From the NCBI GenBank assembly GCA_964516795.1, contig CAZEYJ010000201.1, positions 1 through 37,345 of the forward strand: a stretch of DNA of 37,345 nucleotides, written 5' to 3'. This document shows, in pieces, positions 6,010 through 14,186 of this stretch (its first letter is position 1; each line of letters starts with the position of its first letter). The translations under genes were made by a program, and so were the position numbers. The stretch is from an uncultured bacterium (GTDB lineage: Bacteria > Chlamydiota > Chlamydiia > Chlamydiales > Rhabdochlamydiaceae). The notes under the pieces were generated by a model. It had not been told where the DNA came from and did not search any database. It saw only the letters and a program-made list of their open reading frames with translations.

Positions 6010-8271
6010 ATGAGAACTCTATTCTATCTGACAGCCGGCTTCATCTTGAGCTCATTTTTTGGCCTAGGCATGGGCGGCGGATTTTCCTACTACATCCCCG
6101 GCGAGCGTCCTCCTAAAGCCACGCGAAGCGACATAGAATTTTCCTTGCTCTCGCAACACACGGCTTTGCAGCAGGAAATGAACCTCCAAGACGCCAATAT
6201 TACCCATAGACTGAGAAAAGCTCTTGCAATAGCCGAGGTTTTGTTCAATTTCGATGGGACCTTTAATATCGGCGAATGCCAATCGGTCAAATCAACATTC
6301 CTCTCAGCTCAACCTGAGGAGTATGAGATCAACATGGCTAAAGTGCTCGACCAGCTCGACGCCTCCTGGGAACCATTTTTCGATTCGATCAAAGCGCCGC
6401 AAGATCCCCATAGCGCCAACGCCTTGACATTGCGAGCTTTATTTAGCTTAGGAGCAACCCAGCCTTTGACAGACAGGCATGCCAAAGTTGCCGTCTTAAC
6501 AACGATGCTGACTCCTTATCATCAAAGTCCTGTCGGCAATTGCTTCGCTGCTTGCAGCATGTTGCTCGACAACAAGGAATTTTTAAGGCAAACCGCATCG
6601 GATTATGCCTCACTGATCATGAATGGCTGCCTTATACGGCCTGGCAATGACGGCCCCGACTATTTTTTCTATCTGCCCAGCTTGGCGGACGAAGATTTGA
6701 AAAAGCCCTTTACGCTGTCTATCTATGGAACTTTTGGCGACCCTCTGCATATGCTGAGCGATTCGCCGGGCTTAAGAAGCGCACGCGACGTCATGGGAGG
6801 AAGTTACAAATCGTGTTCAGATACGGAACTCTTGTCAATCCTGTTAAACGGAAGCGACCAATCGATCCAAGTCACCCCTGAACAAGTCATTGAAGCAATG
6901 GCAAGGGTCGTCTCCATCAAAACGTCCAAACTTTCAGTCGACGACTTGCGGAAATTGGGCCATTATGCCTTTAGCAGCCAGAGCTACAACCCTGTTCTCT
7001 GCGGAATTGAAGCTGCTTTTGCTTCCATAGCGGAAGAACGGACCTATGGTTCAATCCGCGCCGACATCAATGCCAGCGTCGAACAGGCAATGAAACCCAT
7101 GTGGGCAAAACTTATAGCACATCCCGGATCGCCCGAATTCCATACGGAATTCATCAATAACTTCAACAGATCCTACCAGTTGATCTACAATTTCAACATC
7201 TCTCTAGAACAACCCTCTTCCGGCGGCATTTCCACATCAAAAGGCTTCCAATTATATCAAAGGGACCTGCATAACCCTGCCTGCCTCGGAGCGCAAATTA
7301 CCACTCCGCAAGACTTTGAGCAGCTTGTCCTTGACGCATTGGCCGCAACCCAAACCAGCCTCTCCTCTATCGACGCTGCAGAAGCCATGGGAAGACTACT
7401 TACCGACTATGTTAAGACGAGCAACTTCCTCGCAAATGTCCTATGGGCCTACGATCCCTCGGTCTTACAAGAGCTCGACCCTGTGAGCAACTATCAAAAA
7501 CTCTCAAAAACGCCAATGCTCACCTGGGACACCGATACCATCGATAAGACCTCCTATGAAAAAACCAGGACAACCTGCATCCCGCTGAACGCCAAGGAAC
7601 TGATCTCCTGGTGCATGGACTTAAGCCAAAGAGCAAACGTAGACTTGGCTCCCATGCACACTTCTCAATACACCTTTCACTTCACGCCAAAAAACCCAGA
7701 CTTAACAAACTTTGTAAGCAGCAAGACCAGCTCTGCCTATTGGCTCCAAAAAACCCTCATCGTCCCCGGCATGCAAGTGGCAACCCGGCAGATCGACGCC
7801 ATCACTCAAAACAACCTCTCGCAAGCCATGTGGCCTCTCATCTCCGACCTTCTCTTTGGCGATGACACAAACTATCAAAACCTGGTCGAGCAACTCAGCG
7901 CCGCCCCGCTCAGCCTCCAAGCCTATAGCCAAAAACTCTTAGCAGGGATCAACTCCCTCCTTAAATCTAATGGCAACCAGTCCCAAATAATGGCAAGCGA
8001 CTTCGATGCCGTATTGATCAGCTGCTTATCTCCGGCCGATCGGACGATCCTCGAGCAATCAGCTGTCCGATTTGCCATGACGAACGCAAATGAAGAACTA
8101 AAAGGCGCTTACTTCTGCGCTTATTTCAATCCAAGAACAGAGCAGATCGGCTTCGGATCGATCCTTGAAGACAAAACCAACCTGCAGCCTATGGATGAAA
8201 GCTCCTGGGTCAACAACCAGCAATGGGATGTCGACCTGACACCGCTTCCTCCATTAGCAGTAGGACAATAA
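6010..8271 (+). CDS. Large orphan protein with an N-terminal hydrophobic anchor and a papain/calpain-like Cys motif; candidate secreted cysteine protease-like effector
   Basis: 753-aa ORF with an ATG start. The N-terminus MRTLFYLTAGFILSSFFGLGMGG is hydrophobic. HQSPVGNCFAACSML (Cys178, TGC 6541-6543) matches the clan CA pattern Q(-6)..G(-2)-x-C-aromatic-A. KLGHYAFSS (His318, 6961-6963) resembles the calpain GHAYS His box. A strong terminator follows the gene. Confidence 0.75.
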   Translation: MRTLFYLTAGFILSSFFGLGMGGGFSYYIPGERPPKATRSDIEFSLLSQHTALQQEMNLQDANITHRLRKALAIAEVLFNFDGTFNIGECQSVKSTFLSAQPEEYEINMAKVLDQLDASWEPFFDSIKAPQDPHSANALTLRALFSLGATQPLTDRHAKVAVLTTMLTPYHQSPVGNCFAACSMLLDNKEFLRQTASDYASLIMNGCLIRPGNDGPDYFFYLPSLADEDLKKPFTLSIYGTFGDPLHMLSDSPGLRSARDVMGGSYKSCSDTELLSILLNGSDQSIQVTPEQVIEAMARVVSIKTSKLSVDDLRKLGHYAFSSQSYNPVLCGIEAAFASIAEERTYGSIRADINASVEQAMKPMWAKLIAHPGSPEFHTEFINNFNRSYQLIYNFNISLEQPSSGGISTSKGFQLYQRDLHNPACLGAQITTPQDFEQLVLDALAATQTSLSSIDAAEAMGRLLTDYVKTSNFLANVLWAYDPSVLQELDPVSNYQKLSKTPMLTWDTDTIDKTSYEKTRTTCIPLNAKELISWCMDLSQRANVDLAPMHTSQYTFHFTPKNPDLTNFVSSKTSSAYWLQKTLIVPGMQVATRQIDAITQNNLSQAMWPLISDLLFGDDTNYQNLVEQLSAAPLSLQAYSQKLLAGINSLLKSNGNQSQIMASDFDAVLISCLSPADRTILEQSAVRFAMTNANEELKGAYFCAYFNPRTEQIGFGSILEDKTNLQPMDESSWVNNQQWDVDLTPLPPLAVGQ

Positions 8272-8292
8272 ATATCCCAACCAACTCACCCA

Positions 8293-8336
8293 AAGGGCCT
8301 GGCTTCTTTAAGAGGAGCCAGGCCCTTTTATTTTAT
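8293..8336 (+). terminator. Rho-independent terminator downstream of the 753-aa gene
   Basis: The stem aagggcctggc (8293-8303) pairs with gccaggccctt (8317-8327) and is followed by a T-run (tttattttat). Confidence 0.75.
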
Positions 8337-8397
8337 AATAATTTATAAAAAAGGCACACTTGGACAAATTAACTCAAATAAGATAAACTAAAAAATT

Positions 8398-9081
8398 ATG
8401 ACAACTAAAGAAGAAAAAGCCCAAGGAGTTGTCCTCCGCGCCTTTGATTACAAAGACAGACAGAGAATCATCACCCTTTTTACGCAAGAAGCAGGGGTGA
8501 TCAGCCTCATCATTAAAGGCATTTCAAAAAAAAGCTACAGGACACTAGCGCTCAGCACCCCCCTTTCTGAAGTCGAAGTCCTCTTTACGAAAGGGAGATC
8601 GGAACTGTTTCGCTTTGTCGATGGGACCCTTCTTAATGAGCACCTCTTCCTCCGCCAACAATACGCATTCCTCCAAACCGCAGGGGTTCTTGCCCAAGCC
8701 ATCCTCCAGTCCCAATTGCCCGGAAAACCTTCTCCTGCCCTTTACCAGCTTTTCCTCGCCTTCCTCAAACAGGTCCCCAACTTTAAAAATCCTTTGGCGC
8801 TGCTCTGCAGCTTCCGCCTCAAACTCCTCAAACACGAAGGACTTATCGCCCTTAGCGCTCAATGCGCCCACTGCTCTGCAAACCCCGCTTATTTTCTCCT
8901 GCACGGGGAAACTGTCTGCGCAGCGCATGAAACTCCCGACGCTCTCCGCTTTACCCCTGAAGAATGGGAGGTCCTCAGCCTACTAGAAAACGCCCCGCAG
9001 TTCTCAACCCTTCATTCCATTTCCTTGCCGCCCCGACTCCCTGACTTGATCAACACCTGCTTTCTTAGAGCTTATTGTTAA
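8398..9081 (+). CDS. recO: DNA repair protein RecO
   Basis: 227 aa. The N-terminal OB-fold signature is GVVLRAFDYKDRQRIITLFTQEAGVISLIIKG. The C-terminal Cys cluster CAHCS...VCAAH is typical of the RecO zinc motif. Confidence 0.82.
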   Translation: MTTKEEKAQGVVLRAFDYKDRQRIITLFTQEAGVISLIIKGISKKSYRTLALSTPLSEVEVLFTKGRSELFRFVDGTLLNEHLFLRQQYAFLQTAGVLAQAILQSQLPGKPSPALYQLFLAFLKQVPNFKNPLALLCSFRLKLLKHEGLIALSAQCAHCSANPAYFLLHGETVCAAHETPDALRFTPEEWEVLSLLENAPQFSTLHSISLPPRLPDLINTCFLRAYC

Positions 9082-9101
9082 ATTCACCACCATTAAAAAA
9101 T

Positions 9102-9701
9102 ATGCATTGGAAAGAAGCTTTCAAACTCAGCGCCATCAATCATCGAGGCCCCTATCTGCGCTTCATCTGCTGGGCCCTGAACGTGGAAGTCGGCAAGATC
9201 GCAGAGATCGGGGTCAATAAAGGAGAGACCTCCCGCCTGCTGCGCCACCTCTTTCCCGAAGCCAGACTCTATCTGATCGACCCCTGGAGCGTTTCTTCAG
9301 ACTATCTCCACAGCGGCTCGCCCATCTCCCGCAAGACAAAACATTATGAAAAAGCCTATGAAATGGTCCAAGAAGAGTTCAAAAACGACCCGGCGACCAT
9401 CCTGCTGCGGATGAGCTCGCGCGAAGCTGCCGCCTCTGCGCCAAACGACTTCGATCTCGTCTTTATTGATGGAAATCACGAATATACCCAGGTCAAAGAA
9501 GACATCCTCTGTTGGCTGCCCAAAGTCAAAACAGGGGGCATTCTCGCAGGACATGACTACGACCCCTCGATCCCCATTTTTGATGGGGTTAAAAGGGCCG
9601 TCGATGAAATATTTGGAAACCAGCTCATGCTAGGAAAAGACAGGGTGTGGCTCCATCAAAAAAAGATAAAAACCACACCCGATTCAAACAGCTTATTCTA
9701 A
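9102..9701 (+). CDS. Class I SAM-dependent methyltransferase (Methyltransf_24 / TylF-CmcI-like)
   Basis: Contains IAEIGVNKGETS (motif I-like), LYLIDPW and DLVFIDGNHEYTQVKEDILCWLPKVKTGGILAGHDY. The track start at 9075 is TTG and overlaps the recO stop. The first ATG is at 9102. Confidence 0.7.
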   Translation: MHWKEAFKLSAINHRGPYLRFICWALNVEVGKIAEIGVNKGETSRLLRHLFPEARLYLIDPWSVSSDYLHSGSPISRKTKHYEKAYEMVQEEFKNDPATILLRMSSREAAASAPNDFDLVFIDGNHEYTQVKEDILCWLPKVKTGGILAGHDYDPSIPIFDGVKRAVDEIFGNQLMLGKDRVWLHQKKIKTTPDSNSLF

Positions 9702-10850
9702 CTCGTCAAGAATCGCGTTCATATCATCTCTAAATGCTCCGATGTCGATCTCAGGCGGCTCAGGCATCATGACAAAATCGTCTATCGAAATAATCTCTTC
9801 TTTTTTTTCTTTTGCTTTCTCCTCAAAAAACATCGGATTTTGTCCAGACGCCTTATCTGCTTTGGAAGAACTCTTGCCGGCTCCTTGGCCGATCCTACTA
9901 GCGCCAATCTTCATAGTCCGCCGCGTCATCCGGCTGGGCCCTATAGTCATTCGGCTAGATCCTTCATTAGCCCCGCTACCGAAACCCTTATTAGCCCCGC
10001 TACCGAAACCCTCGATCCTTCTTCTGACCCTTGTTCCGGGCTGGCTCTGAGAATCACGGGAACTTTGAGGATGCTTAGAATTGGCTTCAAATTGAACATC
10101 AAATATAACATCAGGAGTCTCAAGGTCTACCAATGGCTTCAACTCCCGCACCCTCTCTTTACTAACCTGAGATTGATGAGCTTCCACGCTCCTAACCTTG
10201 AGAAAGAAGGGTCTTGCAACATGAATGAAAAAGCCAATTAAAGTAGCCGCTTCTTCATTAGCTTCCATTAGCTCAGCAAACTGATTTCTAAATTCTCCTG
10301 AATAATCACTAGACGCGAAACCGTGTATGCTATCCCTATTTTCATTGTAAAAACGCACTACACATCTGCCCGTTTCTTCAAGCGATCGACTCATCGTATC
10401 GGTTAGAGCCTTTCCCCCATTTACTCGGACATGAAATAGCTTCTCCGCTTGAACCAACTCTCCAACTACTGCTTCAATTTCCTGCGCTATGAGCCGACCC
10501 CCTACACCCAACTCTTTGCTCACTGACCGGTTAGCGCTGTAACGGATATCGATCATCCTTGCCATCCGAACAAGCTCCGTCTCATCACGTCGCCAGGTTT
10601 CACATGCAACCCCAGCCTTGCGACGCCACTCTTGACCTTTCGGAATTTGATTTAAAGGACTCAATAAAACTTTTTCATACAACGGACGAAATGTATTGTT
10701 ACCGGACAATTGAGCTTCTTCCTTAGGACAGCTCTTCTCATCACAATTAAAGATCAAGGAAGTTTCCCCATCTGCCGCCGTACCAAGCTGCTGAAGAGCT
10801 ATCACAGACAAATGAGTGTAACCACTTTCTATACCAGTAGCCGCAACCAT
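9693..10850 (-). CDS. Orphan protein with no TM segment, internal short tandem repeats and an acidic C-terminus; effector-like
   Basis: 385-aa ORF with an ATG start downstream of a very AT-rich spacer. I recognise no family motif. It contains GFGSGANKGFGSGANEG and SRMT-type repeats. Its 3' end overlaps the methyltransferase stop by 9 nt (convergent). Confidence 0.65.
   Translation of the reverse strand: MVAATGIESGYTHLSVIALQQLGTAADGETSLIFNCDEKSCPKEEAQLSGNNTFRPLYEKVLLSPLNQIPKGQEWRRKAGVACETWRRDETELVRMARMIDIRYSANRSVSKELGVGGRLIAQEIEAVVGELVQAEKLFHVRVNGGKALTDTMSRSLEETGRCVVRFYNENRDSIHGFASSDYSGEFRNQFAELMEANEEAATLIGFFIHVARPFFLKVRSVEAHQSQVSKERVRELKPLVDLETPDVIFDVQFEANSKHPQSSRDSQSQPGTRVRRRIEGFGSGANKGFGSGANEGSSRMTIGPSRMTRRTMKIGASRIGQGAGKSSSKADKASGQNPMFFEEKAKEKKEEIISIDDFVMMPEPPEIDIGAFRDDMNAILDELE
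9966..10013. repeat. Perfect-but-one 24-bp tandem duplication inside the 385-aa orphan
   Basis: attagccccgctaccgaaaccctt (9966-9989) is followed directly by attagccccgctaccgaaaccctc (9990-10013). On the minus strand this encodes the in-frame units (K/E)GFGSGAN. Confidence 0.9.
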
Positions 10851-11079
10851 AATTAACCTGTTTTTTTATTAAATAAACGTTTTACCTAAAACAATTCTAT
10901 CAAAAAACCAATATTAAATACAGTAAATTTTAATTAAAAATAAAACAAAACGCAATTAATTAAAAAACAACCACTTAAGAAAACATATTAATCCACCAAT
11001 AAACACCTCGAATCAAAACCCCTTCCATATAATATGGAGAATAAAGCATAATCATCCAAATTTTAAACTAATTTGAATT
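10851..11079. promoter_or_regulatory. AT-rich divergent intergenic region between the two orphan genes; contains a perfect TATAAT at 11028-11033 (+ strand)
   Basis: By eye this is much more AT-rich than the flanking coding DNA (runs such as ttttttattaaataaacg and aaattttaattaaaaataaaacaaaac). The TATAAT lies 47 nt upstream of ATG 11080. No convincing -35 element was found. Confidence 0.3.
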
Positions 11080-12312
11080 ATGAGCTCACACTCCATCCAA
11101 AATTTAACGCTGAATTTCGCTTCTTTCTATTTAGAGAAGCAAGCGCAGCTGCCCGGCGCAAGAAGCCGATTTTTCTCGAAATGCGGACAGTATTACGATG
11201 CCAACTCACCGATGAAGAGCTTTTTAGAAAACGACCTATTCTACCGAAAAGCAAGAAACCTCGATCAACTGTTCGGCCATGCGCCCGGTTCCATGCTCCG
11301 GCTTGAGCCCTTTAAACGGATGTACATCAACCGATGGAAAGATCTGCGCAACACGCTTCAGAATGGCCCTGGCATTTTTCCAGATGCAGAACTGGATAAA
11401 AAAGTCCGAGAGTTCATCATCGCCCACAAACATTTTGTCCTAAAATTTATCGAAGAAACAAAGACCAATCGAAAAGATTCTTCAGAAGCAGCCGAAATGA
11501 ACAATCCCCGCATGTTAAAACAATTTTACCTAGCGATTGTTCAAACAGCTCTTCAAATGCCGGATCGAGCGCAAGAGATCTTCACGCTGATCGAAGAAAC
11601 AGATCCCCTCCTTTTTGATTTCATCCCTTATCAAGCGATTTTGAACAGCCTTGACGAACCCTCCCAAGCAAGCAAGCCTCAGCCTCACGCTCCCAATCCC
11701 CTCTCAGATAACAAGCCCCCTGAAACAGATCAATTACTTCAATCCATTGCTGAACCGATCTCTGCTTGGAGAGAAGATTATCAAAAACTTGAAAAGACAG
11801 ATCAGCTTTCTCTGCGCCAGGCAAAACCCCTCCTTGCCTCAAAGCAAAACGCTCAAAGAGAACATGACGATGGTCTGACAGAAGAGGCAAAACGGCTCTT
11901 TATCCAGATCGGCGAAGGGATTTATCGCTGTAGAAACCTGGATCCCGTCTCATTTTCCGCTGTGTTCTCAAGAATGTTCCAATTTGTCTCTTACGACTTC
12001 AGCCAAGCGGCTAACCTGGCTGATTGCGATGTTTTCAAGCATCTTTCAGAAGAAATCTCGAACGAAAATGCCCTGCTGTTTTTGAAAAACCTCCCAGCCG
12101 AGCAGTATGAGAAATTCTTAAAAAATCGGCGGTTCCCTTTTCTTCCGAACAACCAAACCGACTTAAACGAATCATGCTACCAGCATAGAAATTTCTATCG
12201 GATCGTTTCAATTTTCTCGCTGGCTAAGGAACTTGGAAAGCTATTGGATAAAGAATGCGAAAGGGGGGACTCGAACCCCCAAGAGGAAAACCTCACTACC
12301 ACCTCAAAGTAG
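11080..12312 (+). CDS. Orphan protein with no TM segment and a central Pro/Gln-rich linker; effector-like
   Basis: 410-aa ORF with an ATG start. I recognise no family motif. The last ~57 nt (ECERGDSNPQEENLTTTSK*) are the antisense of tRNA-Leu. Confidence 0.6.
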   Translation: MSSHSIQNLTLNFASFYLEKQAQLPGARSRFFSKCGQYYDANSPMKSFLENDLFYRKARNLDQLFGHAPGSMLRLEPFKRMYINRWKDLRNTLQNGPGIFPDAELDKKVREFIIAHKHFVLKFIEETKTNRKDSSEAAEMNNPRMLKQFYLAIVQTALQMPDRAQEIFTLIEETDPLLFDFIPYQAILNSLDEPSQASKPQPHAPNPLSDNKPPETDQLLQSIAEPISAWREDYQKLEKTDQLSLRQAKPLLASKQNAQREHDDGLTEEAKRLFIQIGEGIYRCRNLDPVSFSAVFSRMFQFVSYDFSQAANLADCDVFKHLSEEISNENALLFLKNLPAEQYEKFLKNRRFPFLPNNQTDLNESCYQHRNFYRIVSIFSLAKELGKLLDKECERGDSNPQEENLTTTSK

Positions 12313-12339
12313 CGCGTCTACCAATTCCGCCACTCTCGC
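12256..12339 (-). tRNA. tRNA-Leu (anticodon GAG), class II with long variable arm
   Basis: Hand-folded on the minus strand: acceptor GCGAGAG/CTTTCGC, D arm GCG..CGC with GAATTGGTAGA, anticodon stem CTACT/GGTAG with loop TTGAGGT, variable arm GAGG-TTTT-CCTC, T arm GGGGG-TTCGAGT-CCCCC, discriminator A. Confidence 0.9.
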
Positions 12340-12511
12340 ACAGGGTGCTCCGGTAATGGATACCAGAGTTGAAAAAGAAAGAAAATCCTACTCGATCGAA
12401 TAAATCTGTTCAAGCAAGAAATCTCTAAAAAAATCAATTGTCAAAAATAACAATTCAGAACGCAACTCTGACAAGTTGCAGAATAAGAAGAAATCAGATA
12501 TAAGAAGGCTC

Positions 12512-13306
12512 ATGCGTTGTACCTGTTACTGCACTGCAGCTTCCTATGATATTCCACGCCTATTCCAATACTCGCAAAGAATGGGATCGACCCAGCTTTT
12601 CCGCGATGTTGTCCATATTCAACTCAAAGAAGACAAGCATTTTAAAGGCGATATCTTCTATTTCTCCTACGGATCGGTCGTCTGTTGGGGGTTTTCAGAA
12701 GAAGATGAGAAAGACCTGATCAGCAGCTTAAAGGAATTTGAAAAAGAACCCCTAGGCAAAGCAGAACTCGACGAGTTCACATTTGCCTATGGCGATGAGA
12801 TGAAAATTGAAGAGGATGAAATTGTCCTCCAAAACAAAAGCAGTTTGACCAAGCTGGCAATTTCCCACGGCCTCGCCCAATCTGTCAAACTCACAACCTT
12901 TGAAGAGATCATTCAAAAAACGATCGACCACACCAAACAACTGCCCATCGAGCTTGCCAAGCGCGGCAAAATCCCTCTTTCACGCAAAGAGATCTCGCGC
13001 AAAATGGGAGAGATCTTCATCGAGCGCAACTTCATCAACCTCCATAGCGATATCCTCGATACGCCGGAATTCTTCTGGGACTATCCGGAGCTCGAATCCT
13101 TCTACCGGCGCACCGCCCACTATCTTGATGTCAGCAAACGTGCTGAGATCTTGAACAAGCGGCTTAATGTCGTCCACGAGCTCTTTGAAATCCTTTCCAG
13201 CGAGCTCAACCATCAACACTCTTCCCGCCTCGAGCTGACCATCATCCTGCTGATCTTGATCGAAGTGACCCTAGCCCTGCTTCGCGACCTCTTCCATCTG
13301 ATCTAA
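12512..13306 (+). CDS. DUF155 / RMD1-family protein with a C-terminal TM helix
   Basis: The N-terminus CYCTAASYDIPRLF, the body and the C-terminal hydrophobic helix LELTIILLILIEVTLALL match the RMND1/DUF155 layout as I remember it. The track start at 12476 is TTG. ATG 12512 is preceded by AAGAAGG. Confidence 0.6.
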   Translation: MRCTCYCTAASYDIPRLFQYSQRMGSTQLFRDVVHIQLKEDKHFKGDIFYFSYGSVVCWGFSEEDEKDLISSLKEFEKEPLGKAELDEFTFAYGDEMKIEEDEIVLQNKSSLTKLAISHGLAQSVKLTTFEEIIQKTIDHTKQLPIELAKRGKIPLSRKEISRKMGEIFIERNFINLHSDILDTPEFFWDYPELESFYRRTAHYLDVSKRAEILNKRLNVVHELFEILSSELNHQHSSRLELTIILLILIEVTLALLRDLFHLI

Positions 13307-13433
13307 TTTTAGAAACTGCCCTAAAACCCGCTTTGCAAAAAAAACCACAGATTCGGCTCAAAATCGGATCTTTAGGACAGCTTTTTAGACCGCTCCCGCC
13401 ATCCGCTTGCAGAAAAGAGAACAGCGAGAATAA

Positions 13434-13592
13434 ACCGAACGTGTCTCAAAAATTGGATTTTCGGCTGCGCCAAAGCCTCGGGGTTAAAATTTTTCAGAGG
13501 GAGCTGTATTAATGCAATACAGCCCCCTCTGAAAAATTTTAACCGCGAGAACTTTCGCGTTGCCCAAAACCAATTTTTGAAACACGTTCGGT
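13434..13592. repeat. Long imperfect palindrome (member C) between convergent genes; partial extra arms lie just upstream (13345-13433)
   Basis: accgaacgtgtctcaaaaattggattttcggctgcgccaaagcctcggggttaaaatttttcagagggagctgtatt, then loop aatgc, then aatacagccccctctgaaaaattttaaccgcgagaactttcgcgttgcccaaaaccaatttttgaaacacgttcggt. It shares the ...tttttcag(a/g)gg... core layout with elements A and B. The segment 13345-13433 carries attcggctcaaaatcgg and cagaaaagagaacagcgagaa, which resemble arms of A and B. Confidence 0.8.
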
Positions 13593-13609
13593 ATAAGCAT
13601 CGGTATAAA

Positions 13610-13948
13610 TTAGTTATAACAGGTCCGGCACCAGATATAATAATTTTCATTGCAGTCGTGACAGACGCTGCACTCCCAAAAACCATCGGGACAGCCCCCT
13701 TGCCGAAAATCTTTGAAGTAGACCCCCCGCTCATCCGTATAAATTGCTGAAGTCAAATAGACCTTGCCTTCACAATTGACCTGAATTTGGTTCTCATTGA
13801 TCTCTATTTGCTCCGGGTCTATGTACGTTTTGTCACACTCGATAAACTTAGTCGGTTTCGGACATTTGGGGCATCCCGCATAAGCTGCGGCCCAACTCAA
13901 GCAAACTAAAAACAGCAGAGCAAAAAAACGACACGTTAACGTTTTCAT
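13610..13948 (-). CDS. Small Cys-rich exported protein, possibly a lipoprotein (112 aa)
   Basis: MKTLTCRFFALLFLVCLSWAAAYAGC is a signal peptide with a lipobox-like AGC. The mature part has 12 Cys, including CPKC, CSVCHDC and CRTC. The longer track ORF (to 14068) extends into a repeat element, so I start at ATG 13948. Confidence 0.65.
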   Translation of the reverse strand: MKTLTCRFFALLFLVCLSWAAAYAGCPKCPKPTKFIECDKTYIDPEQIEINENQIQVNCEGKVYLTSAIYTDERGVYFKDFRQGGCPDGFWECSVCHDCNENYYIWCRTCYN

Positions 13949-14046
13949 AAAACACCTTCCTTGTTTATCTGCCCCAACAATTGTTAGGGATTTGCAAAGA
14001 ATTCTTTGTATATTTGTTAATATTTTTTTGACAAGCAGTTTTTTCC

Positions 14047-14116
14047 GAAGAGAGAAAAATCGGCTCAAAAGAACCCCAAAATTGACAAGAACTTTAATTG
14101 ACGACAGGCTCTAAAA
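14047..14116. repeat. Solo arm (half-element) of the palindromic repeat family
   Basis: gaagagagaaaaatcggctcaaaagaaccccaaaattgac...gacaggctctaaaa aligns with the right arms of A (aaaaatcggctcaaaataatccaaaaactcgac...cagacagtctctaagg) and B. No partner arm is present. Confidence 0.6.
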
Positions 14117-14186
14117 ACCCAACTTGCCCCTACCCTTTCTAGACGCATTGCGAGATAGAGGTGCTGCAAGATCCGTCGGCTGTCTT

